Of a DNA stretch of 64,000 bases, positions 57,063 through 64,000 are shown piece after piece. The notes under the pieces are model-generated. The model was not told where the DNA came from. It searched no databases and worked only from the letters and a program-made list of their open reading frames with translations. The translations under genes and the position numbers were made by a program. The DNA is taken from positions 469,682 to 533,681 of the forward strand of contig PLZJ01000002.1 in NCBI GenBank assembly GCA_003152105.1. Reading direction: 5' to 3'. The DNA comes from Candidatus Levyibacteriota bacterium (GTDB taxonomy: Bacteria; Patescibacteriota; Microgenomatia; Levybacterales; UBA12049). The stretch's first letter is position 1, and every line of letters begins with the position of its first letter.

Positions 57063-57566
57063 ATGAGTTGTGAGAAATTAAAAGTGGGTGTTTGTTATAA
57101 TAGCAACATGCTTTCAAATATTGAACAAGTTATTCGTGAATATTTACCAGGCGTTGTTCATATGTCTTTGGCAACAAGTAACAATAATGTGCCTTGGATA
57201 AGCGAACTTCATTTTATGTACGATGCTGATTTGCATATATATTTTCGTTCTCTTCCCTCAAGAAGACACAGCCTTGATATAAAAGAAAATCCAAATGTTT
57301 CTGGAAATGTCATAAAACAACATACCATAGGTGAAAAAGTAAGAGGGGTTTATTTTGAAGGCAAAGCTGAACTTATTGAGAATGTTACTATGCAATCGGA
57401 AAGTTACAAAGCGTTTACCAAGCGTTTTGGACCAAATAAAGATGTTCTAGAGGAAGCAAATACGGAAAACGGACACAAGTTCTATAAAATAACTGTTGAA
57501 AACTATTATGTATTTGATAGTATTTCTTCAAACCCTTCTAAGAAATATAAACTTTCTTGGCATTAG
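57063..57566 (+). CDS. Pyridoxamine 5'-phosphate oxidase-like FMN-binding split-barrel protein (general stress protein 26-like)
   Basis: VHMSLATSNNNVPWISELHFMYD...IYFRS...K..NP.VS. Confidence 0.5.
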   Translation: MSCEKLKVGVCYNSNMLSNIEQVIREYLPGVVHMSLATSNNNVPWISELHFMYDADLHIYFRSLPSRRHSLDIKENPNVSGNVIKQHTIGEKVRGVYFEGKAELIENVTMQSESYKAFTKRFGPNKDVLEEANTENGHKFYKITVENYYVFDSISSNPSKKYKLSWH

Positions 57567-58196
57567 TCACTTTATAAAATAGTAAATTGCCAAAAAGTGA
57601 CACATACTTCCAAAAAGAACAAACATATGCCAAACGGCATGATAAAACGATTTCCCACTTTTACTATAAAAATAGACACCAGAGGTATAAAACAAACCAC
57701 CTAAGAGTAGTAAGAGTAAAAGAAGTGGAGAGAGTAGGGAAGTAATTGTATATAAAACAAATACAATGCTCCAGCCAAGAAGAATATAGATTGCCAAAGA
57801 AAGTTTCTTATATTTATTGCCAAATACCGCTTTAAGTGTTATCCCAGTTATGGCGAATATCCACATCATGATAAGAAATATGATGGAAACTATATTTTGT
57901 GAGGATAATAAAAAAGGAGTATATGTTCCAACAATTAAAAGATAAATTGCACTATGATCAAGTATGCTAAATACTTTTTTTGCTTTTGTAAATGAAAGTG
58001 AGTGAAATAGCGTTGAGGTACAATAAGTAAGCAGTAGTGAGAAAAAATATACCCACACTGCAATAAGTGGTAAAACTTGGGTTACTTTTTTATGAAAGAG
58101 CAAAAAGATAACAATACCAATTAAAACAATAATAAAACCTACTCCATGCGTGATACTATTTGCTATCTCGCTAAGTATTGCTTTTTTCCTATTCAC
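57567..58196 (-). CDS. Hemolysin III / PAQR-family channel protein
   Basis: 7 TMS; C-terminal YHAVWHMFVLFGSMCHF motif. Confidence 0.75.
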   Translation of the reverse strand: MNRKKAILSEIANSITHGVGFIIVLIGIVIFLLFHKKVTQVLPLIAVWVYFFSLLLTYCTSTLFHSLSFTKAKKVFSILDHSAIYLLIVGTYTPFLLSSQNIVSIIFLIMMWIFAITGITLKAVFGNKYKKLSLAIYILLGWSIVFVLYTITSLLSPLLLLLLLLGGLFYTSGVYFYSKSGKSFYHAVWHMFVLFGSMCHFLAIYYFIK

Positions 58197-58225
58197 AACT
58201 CAAGTATACCAGAGAAAAACCCACT

Positions 58226-58266
58226 CTTATATAAGTATTGACTTATATAAGAAAATGATTTAGTAT
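58226..58266 (+). promoter_or_regulatory. Tandem 10-bp palindromes CTTATATAAG (x2) overlapping a -35 TTGACT / -10 TAGTAT promoter; candidate ArsR operator
   Basis: Self-complementary 10-mers at 58226-58235 and 58242-58251; TTGACT 58238-58243, 17-nt spacer, TAGTAT 58261-58266. Confidence 0.4.
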
Positions 58267-58273
58267 CTTCTTA

Positions 58274-58576
58274 ATGGACATTTTTTCAGCACTTGCAGAC
58301 CCAACAAGGCGTTCTATATTAACATTACTTGCCAAACAAGGAGGCCTAAGTGTAAATGAAATTTTCCATAAGTTTCCCATCAGTCAACCTGCCATTTCAC
58401 AACATCTTAAAGTACTTCGAAATGCAAAGCTAGTTGATGTAAGTAAAAACGAGCAAAAACATATTTATGCGATAAATACTTCTTCAATTGATTCATTACA
58501 AAACTGGGCTCAAGAAATGAAGCAATTATGGACGAGTCGATTAGATCGACTAGACGATGTGTTAAAAAAACTCTAA
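58274..58576 (+). CDS. ArsR/SmtB-family transcriptional regulator
   Basis: ADPTRRSILTLL...LSVNEIFHKFPISQPAISQHLKVL. Confidence 0.8.
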   Translation: MDIFSALADPTRRSILTLLAKQGGLSVNEIFHKFPISQPAISQHLKVLRNAKLVDVSKNEQKHIYAINTSSIDSLQNWAQEMKQLWTSRLDRLDDVLKKL

Positions 58577-58590
58577 AGAAAGGAGGTATT

Positions 58591-59070
58591 ATGTCAAATG
58601 CAATTAAAGAATTAACAATCACAAAAGAAATCGATGCACCTATTGAAAAAGTATGGAAAGCATGGACTGATCCAAAAATCATACAACAATGGTGGGGACC
58701 AGATGGTGTCACAAACCCTATTTGTGAATTTGATGCTACTCCAGGTGGAAAATTACATATTGAAATGCTAGCCGGAGAAGAACTAGGAGAATTAAAAGGA
58801 AGTAGATGGCCAATGAAAGGAGTTGTAACTGAAATTGAAAAGCCAACTAAACTCATTTTTACATCAACTGCTTTTGAAGACGAAGATGGTAAGACAAATC
58901 TCGAAAATCTCGTAACGGTAACGTTTTCTCAAAATGGAGATAAAACAAAAATGATAATCCATATTGAAGTAACAAAAGCAACTGAAAAAACGAAAATGGC
59001 GCTCAAAGGTATGGATATGGGTTGGAATCAGCAGATAAACAAACTAGAAAAAATGCTTGCACAAAAATAA
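58591..59070 (+). CDS. SRPBCC (AHSA1/Aha1-like) domain protein; start at internal Met with RBS AAAGGAGGT
   Basis: EIDAPIEKVWKAWTDPKIIQQWWGP; typical ArsR partner. Confidence 0.7.
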   Translation: MSNAIKELTITKEIDAPIEKVWKAWTDPKIIQQWWGPDGVTNPICEFDATPGGKLHIEMLAGEELGELKGSRWPMKGVVTEIEKPTKLIFTSTAFEDEDGKTNLENLVTVTFSQNGDKTKMIIHIEVTKATEKTKMALKGMDMGWNQQINKLEKMLAQK

Positions 59071-59350
59071 CGTGCGTATTTTTTCATTTGAGAGGGGAAA
59101 ACTATTTTTTTGGGGTATGCACAATTTTTGCAAATGGTAGTTCAAAGTTTTTTGGTAAAACGCCACTTGCCATAAACGATTGTACAGGGGTATCTTTTCC
59201 GTGACTTGGATGTTTTTCTGAAACAGTTACACTACTTATTGCAAGAGCAGCAATGGCAACTTTTGAGATAAATCGTCTTCCCTTTTCCATGTAGCAAAGC
59301 ATACAGATGAGTAAGCTATATTTCAAGTGGCAAAATGACGAAGCGCAAAC

Positions 59351-60028
59351 TTAGTTTGTACGCTCAAAGGTGAAGTTTATGCTATAAACACTTGACTCAT
59401 CTCCATATTGATTTTTATATTGTAGCTGGAGTGTATTTGCTCCATTTGGCGGTGAATAACAAAGTGTTGAAAACGCTTGATAATCATTCCATCCTGCGTT
59501 ATTAATATTTTGTTTTCTCATAAGTCCACTCGTATCTCCACCTCCTGGTGCGTCAACAACACAAAATGTTTGTGAAGAATTCATGCTAATTGATTGACCG
59601 TTTGTTGGATAGGTAATATTCATTTGAGGAGGATTAGAAGTATGTGGAGATGAAGTAGGAGTTGGGGTAACTGTTGGCGTAGGAGAGAGTGAAGGTGTTG
59701 GAGTTAGGGTAACTGTTGGAACTTGTGTTGGACTTGATTGTTGTATTTGATTACTTGTTTGCGAATCGGGTACTGGTGTATCTGTTGGTGCCTCTGTAAT
59801 GCTTGGTGCTTCGGTAGTTTGGGAACTTGTCTTACCTCCTCCTTTACTACCAAAAATATATGTTGCTCCAGAAAATACAAGCACGATTGCAAGCAAAACA
59901 AGAGATACAATACTTTTGTTATGTTTTAACCACACAACATATTTATTTTGAAAACTGAGTTGTTTTAAAAGTGGTGTATTATCTAGTTCGACTTTCTCGT
60001 TTTGATCTTCTTGAGGGGAATCTTTCAT
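59351..60028 (-). CDS. Membrane-anchored surface protein, PT-rich linker, unknown C-terminal domain
   Basis: N-terminal tail + TM (SIVSLVLLAIVLVFSGATYIFG) + TPTP linker. Confidence 0.4.
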   Translation of the reverse strand: MKDSPQEDQNEKVELDNTPLLKQLSFQNKYVVWLKHNKSIVSLVLLAIVLVFSGATYIFGSKGGGKTSSQTTEAPSITEAPTDTPVPDSQTSNQIQQSSPTQVPTVTLTPTPSLSPTPTVTPTPTSSPHTSNPPQMNITYPTNGQSISMNSSQTFCVVDAPGGGDTSGLMRKQNINNAGWNDYQAFSTLCYSPPNGANTLQLQYKNQYGDESSVYSINFTFERTN

Positions 60029-60076
60029 TCCTATACTATTCCATATAGTGCCTAGTATGTCAATATATTGGTAGCT

Positions 60077-60838
60077 TTATGCTTCAACATCCTTTTTAGT
60101 AATAGTCATAAAGACTACTAAAAGAAAAATAACTATTGTTAACACAATGCTCACTTTTCCCGTTCCATAATTTAATCCGTTTAGGCTTTGTGGTTTGCCC
60201 ATCCAGTCGGAAAAAGATGCACCAAGCGGTCTGGTAATAATATAGGCAAACCAAAAACAAAAAATAGAGAAATTCTTCCATACTATATAGATAAAAAGGG
60301 GAATCAATATCACAACAAAAAATACAATACCAGAAGTTAAATAACCAAGTCCAAATGTCACGGCAGTCATATCTCCAACAGCAGTACCAAGTGCAAATGT
60401 TGCAAGCACAGTGATCCAGTAAAATATTTCCCTGCGGTACGTGGTAATGCTGTGGATAGATAATGTTTTTTCAAAGGAAAACCATACAACAAAGGTTATG
60501 ATAAGAACGAGTGAGAAAAAGATGGAAGAAATATAATAGGGAATCCCAAATCCAATATGAAGTACATCAGCTGCCATAGTACCAAATACTGCAACCATCG
60601 AAGCTGCAAACCAATATACAAAAGGGATATATTTTTTGACTATAAACTGAAGGAATAGCGCAATAAGAAGACCCAATGCTCCAATTCCTACCGCAATAAC
60701 GGGATTTAACTGATGTACCATAAAATCTGACGTTGTTTCACCCATGGCAGTTGTTAATAATTTAATAATCCAAAAATAGATAGTTATTTGCGGTACTTTT
60801 CTCAAATGAGTTGATGTGAGTATTTTGGACAATTGCAT
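60077..60838 (-). CDS. Hypothetical polytopic membrane protein (~8 TMS)
   Basis: ORF. Confidence 0.4.
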   Translation of the reverse strand: MQLSKILTSTHLRKVPQITIYFWIIKLLTTAMGETTSDFMVHQLNPVIAVGIGALGLLIALFLQFIVKKYIPFVYWFAASMVAVFGTMAADVLHIGFGIPYYISSIFFSLVLIITFVVWFSFEKTLSIHSITTYRREIFYWITVLATFALGTAVGDMTAVTFGLGYLTSGIVFFVVILIPLFIYIVWKNFSIFCFWFAYIITRPLGASFSDWMGKPQSLNGLNYGTGKVSIVLTIVIFLLVVFMTITKKDVEA

Positions 60839-61015
60839 AAATTCTAGTGTAACGAATAAATGTTACACTACTTTTCTCCTTCGAACTACTATAACACTGA
60901 CAATAATAAAATCAGCAATGACAATATATACGGCGTACGTGAGACTTGTCCAATTGTAAGTGCTTAGCGCTAAGATTGCAAAAACACCACCAATACTACT
61001 TAATAAATACGCTGA

Positions 61016-61432
61016 CTAGGTTTCTTCTTTAGGATTTATCCATGAATGGCGAATGGTAGGAATAGTTGCAAACGCATCAATGAGAACTGAGGCAATAACT
61101 GCAGCTGCCGGACTATTGAATAAATACCAAAATAGAAATCCTGAGAGTGCTCCGATTTGACAAAAAACGTCAAAAAGTGAATATTTTGCGTAACCATATT
61201 TTAGGCCAAGAATAACAATTGCACTTGTTTCAAGAAACACAGAGCCAGTAAATATCGCAGTAATATATTCATGACCTGCAAATTCTGCAATGGTAGCAAT
61301 CCCTGTAATGAGGGACCATGTTATCCAAGAAGTAATATTTGGTTTGGTTTTCCCTTTTAAAATATCTCGTATGTAGGGGATTACTGTGCTAAGCGTAATT
61401 AGCGAAGCAATGATCAAGAAGAGGACATGCAT
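61016..61432 (-). CDS. Hypothetical 4-TMS membrane protein
   Basis: ORF. Confidence 0.35.
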   Translation of the reverse strand: MHVLFLIIASLITLSTVIPYIRDILKGKTKPNITSWITWSLITGIATIAEFAGHEYITAIFTGSVFLETSAIVILGLKYGYAKYSLFDVFCQIGALSGFLFWYLFNSPAAAVIASVLIDAFATIPTIRHSWINPKEET

Positions 61433-61591
61433 TAGGATAATTATAACAAAATAAAAAACTAAGATAGGTATGGTGGAAATTGAGTAAGTAGAGTGATAAT
61501 GCTTGAGTGCATAAATCGCCTCCTTTTCAAAGATTTTACTCTTTTTCCACCAAACCCTGGCATCTTATTCTTCTTATAGATCCCTCCTATA

Positions 61592-62116
61592 CTAGTTTCT
61601 AGACATTGCATCTGGTGGTCGAAGATTGAGACCTTCGCTGACCAAATACAGAAATGTATAAAGATCGTAATCTTTTCCAATTTCTGCCGAGAACCTTTTG
61701 GGGTTCTTGCAATAAGGTCCAAAGCACCAGTTTCTAGGAAAACCTTCAAAGTAAATTGGCGAAATTCTTTCTTCTCTGTCGATGAGTTGGAAGAAGTTGT
61801 CCGGCACAGGCCTGTTAGACTTGATACTCAACTTCCAGTTATAGAAGTTATACCGAAGTCGTACTTCTATTCCTCCAAAGGCAAGACTGTATACGGGAAG
61901 GAGAACCGATTTTGATCGATGTGTTCCAACGACTCGTACTGGATTTGCCTTCCAATCTTCAAAGGTCACCGAGAATAATCTTGAAAGATCATCTCGAACA
62001 AAAAGAAATTGATGTTCGAATCCCTTGTGCCAAAGAAGATCATTGTTTGGTTGATGTTCGTTTGCCCAATCTTGCAGTTGTGGAGAGTCTTCTCTTTTCT
62101 TTGTGACAGAGGTCAT
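61592..62116 (-). CDS. Hypothetical protein (GC-rich islet 4, gene 3)
   Basis: ORF. Confidence 0.3.
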   Translation of the reverse strand: MTSVTKKREDSPQLQDWANEHQPNNDLLWHKGFEHQFLFVRDDLSRLFSVTFEDWKANPVRVVGTHRSKSVLLPVYSLAFGGIEVRLRYNFYNWKLSIKSNRPVPDNFFQLIDREERISPIYFEGFPRNWCFGPYCKNPKRFSAEIGKDYDLYTFLYLVSEGLNLRPPDAMSRN

Positions 62117-62160
62117 GTTCGAATCCTTCCAAGTTGTATTAGTTCGTCAAAAAAGTCCAG

Positions 62161-62568
62161 CTAACGTTCGAACTGAAACCGATCGAATTGCATAGATACC
62201 ATTGTGGAAAAAGGAAGGAACGCTTTGAACTGGGGAAGAGAAAATTCCAAATAGTCACTTTCCTTGTCTTTTCCCGTTTCAATCTCGATCCAACACCCTT
62301 GGTAAATATCGCCGTACAAGAGTACTAGTTTTGCACGGTATAACAGATTGTCGTCATTGTTCCTGAATTGAAGACGAATGTGATCTTCGTCGCCACCAGG
62401 AAGCACCAGAACGTGCATGCGGTGAGTGAATATGTGTTTTTCTAACTCATTCGCCAGTTCTTCTCGTAGAGATCCTGTTCTGGCATGTGAAAGCCACTTT
62501 GCAAAATCTTCTGGTTTGATCGGATTCCACTTTTCCAAAGTACTGGTTGCAACTGCTGTTTTTGGCAT
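62161..62568 (-). CDS. Hypothetical protein (GC-rich islet 4, gene 2)
   Basis: ORF. Confidence 0.3.
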   Translation of the reverse strand: MPKTAVATSTLEKWNPIKPEDFAKWLSHARTGSLREELANELEKHIFTHRMHVLVLPGGDEDHIRLQFRNNDDNLLYRAKLVLLYGDIYQGCWIEIETGKDKESDYLEFSLPQFKAFLPFSTMVSMQFDRFQFER

Positions 62569-62600
62569 TTTTATTTTCCTTTCAGTGTTTTGGTGTTGAT

Positions 62601-63059
62601 TTACAGTCTATCTAGCGTACGTTCGTCACAGTCGATAACCATTCCTTCTCCGTAATATAAATCTGGAGAGCGCCAAATCAAGCCGAATTCGCGTTTTCCG
62701 AAGTAGGAAGGAAATTCCATTCCATACTCCATGTGAGTGACGAGAATAAGGATGTCACCTTCATCTGCTTTATCTTTAACAAGCCCAAGAGCTGCAGGAA
62801 GATTTTCGGGATGGTTGTCTTCAGCCCAGAGTACCTCATGTTGCTCGAAGTCGTCTTCTGTCCAGCCGAACATTTCGCACAGTACTTTGGCGCTGTCAAC
62901 GGCTCGAGGAGCAGTAGAGGAGAGAAGGAAGAAAGTATCTCTATCTCCGGCAAGTGCTTCAATTTTTTCACCTGCTTGCTCCATTTGCTCTCGTCCCTCT
63001 TCGCTTATCCGCCTATCGTAACCGTGTTTTCCGTGACGCAGGATAACCAATTTTTTCAT
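62601..63059 (-). CDS. Histidine phosphatase family protein (SixA/phosphoglycerate-mutase-like), islet 4 gene 1
   Basis: RHG motif VILRHGK at N-terminus; ILILVTHMEYG (His) later. Confidence 0.55.
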   Translation of the reverse strand: MKKLVILRHGKHGYDRRISEEGREQMEQAGEKIEALAGDRDTFFLLSSTAPRAVDSAKVLCEMFGWTEDDFEQHEVLWAEDNHPENLPAALGLVKDKADEGDILILVTHMEYGMEFPSYFGKREFGLIWRSPDLYYGEGMVIDCDERTLDRL

Positions 63060-63133
63060 TGTTTTTCGTTCTCCGTTTTGTTGAGTTCACTAAGTAAGTG
63101 ACACGCTGAGTACCAACATATGATACACAATGC

Positions 63134-63290
63134 ATCACTTACTAATGTTTATTCTATAAGAAGTTATTAAGGTGCAAAATGCTCGAAACACCACAATACA
63201 ATGCTAGTATGTATGTTTGTTTTTGAGCTTGTGGATTATATAACAAGACGGACTATATTGCGAACTGCAAATAAATAATATAAAGGTTAC
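63134..63290 (-). promoter_or_regulatory. Conserved repeat element copy 3 (more diverged), upstream of islet-4 operon
   Basis: ATCACTTACTAA(A)TGT, GTGCAAA and AATGCT blocks in the same order and spacing as copy 1; candidate minus-strand promoter TTCGCA-18-TATAAT. Confidence 0.4.
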
Positions 63291-63862
63291 CAGATATAGG
63301 GTATAAGTGCTTTTGTTTTGTTCATATAATCTACATATTCTTTTGGAAATTTTTGACGCATATGTTTTTCTTCTATTTTCACACTATATATGAAATAGAA
63401 GAGCATAATGGCAAGTGGTATAAGCCAAAATAAACCAATCGTTACCGTTGAACCTAACATAGCAAGGAGAAGACCTGAATATATAGGATGTCTGATATAG
63501 GCATAGGGACCTGATTGTATGAGTTCTGGCTTTTCTCTTTGCGACATTGGCATTCCCCAATTACTGCCAAGATAATATCTTGCCCAAATAGCTATTCCAA
63601 TACCAGCTGCGCAAAGCAACACACCCAAAAAGGATATGAATGGATTAAAAAACAAGTTTGAAGTCTGTTTATGCCACATAAATTGACTAAACAGTGGTGT
63701 GCGGATTTCAAGTATCACAAGTAGTATTATAACTATGCGAACAAATCTTTCTGCTAACCAATTACCACCTTTAATGCTTTTCTTAACATGAAAACTAGAA
63801 ATAAACCAATACAATATAAAAATAACCCACAAAAAAGGTATTATTTCGACGAATATAGGCAT
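63287..63862 (-). CDS. ICMT/PEMT-family membrane methyltransferase (second paralog)
   Basis: YAYIRHPIYSGLLLAMLGSTVTIG ... EEKHMRQKFPKEYVDY. Confidence 0.65.
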   Translation of the reverse strand: MPIFVEIIPFLWVIFILYWFISSFHVKKSIKGGNWLAERFVRIVIILLVILEIRTPLFSQFMWHKQTSNLFFNPFISFLGVLLCAAGIGIAIWARYYLGSNWGMPMSQREKPELIQSGPYAYIRHPIYSGLLLAMLGSTVTIGLFWLIPLAIMLFYFIYSVKIEEKHMRQKFPKEYVDYMNKTKALIPYIW

Positions 63863-64000
63863 GTGATTATTGTAGCACGGTTAGTATGCCGGTGTATTAA
63901 AACAAATTACTTCAAAATATATGAAAAGTAGAGAAAATTTTATATGGAAAAGTCACACGTATTAGTAACAAAATTTCTTACCTTGTGGGAGTAATGCCAG

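Noticed and set aside
61459-61749. ORF 61459..61749 (96 aa, minus)
   Set aside because: It overlaps the 3' end of 61592..62116 in another frame. There is no independent support.
62110-62130. tRNA-like T-loop string ATGTTCGAATCC
   Set aside because: No complementary 5-bp T-stem or acceptor/anticodon arms can be drawn around it. It overlaps the start codon region of the minus-strand ORF 61592..62116.

Overview
Low-GC (~35% by eye) bacterial chromosomal window, densely coded on both strands. No rRNA, tRNA or CRISPR array was found.

Recognisable content:
- A MarR-controlled efflux operon (two HlyD-like adaptors plus two DHA2-type MFS pumps).
- Housekeeping and stress genes: Fe/Mn superoxide dismutase, RarA, IspH, signal peptidase I, a fused AccD-AccA carboxyltransferase, a DnaQ-exonuclease/GIY-YIG fusion, a histidine kinase/OmpR-type two-component pair, an ArsR-SRPBCC pair, MscS, BI-1, hemolysin-III, GNATs and HAD hydrolases.
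- Salvage-type enzymes: DUF2419 queuosine salvage, a phosphoribosyltransferase, an NDT-like protein and a Nudix hydrolase.
- A type IV secretion-like cluster at 14.7-19.8 kb: VirB2-like pilin, a pilin-like::VirB6-like fusion, a VirB3-like protein, a VirB4 ATPase split into two ORFs, and an M23 peptidase.
- A block of membrane-anchored or secreted enzymes at 37.7-45.3 kb: CAP-like protein, metzincin, GH-A glycosidase. This is flanked by a bacterial SET-domain gene, with a decayed SET paralog further downstream.

Most unusual signal: at least three copies of a conserved ~120-160 bp element (34655-34798, 49433-49563, 63134-63290). The copies are in the same orientation.
- Each contains a sigma70-like promoter plus a conserved, partly palindromic 5' leader when read on the minus strand.
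- Each lies 50-230 bp upstream of a minus-strand operon of small orphan genes whose G+C (roughly 45-50% by eye) is clearly above background.
- This looks like a family of horizontally acquired cassettes sharing one cis-regulatory leader. Its function is unknown.

The gene content (T4SS-like cluster, salvage enzymes, many anchored secreted proteins, a paralogous Q/P-rich N-terminal anchor module) resembles reduced-genome Gram-positive-like or Patescibacteria-type organisms. Taxonomy cannot be established from the sequence alone.
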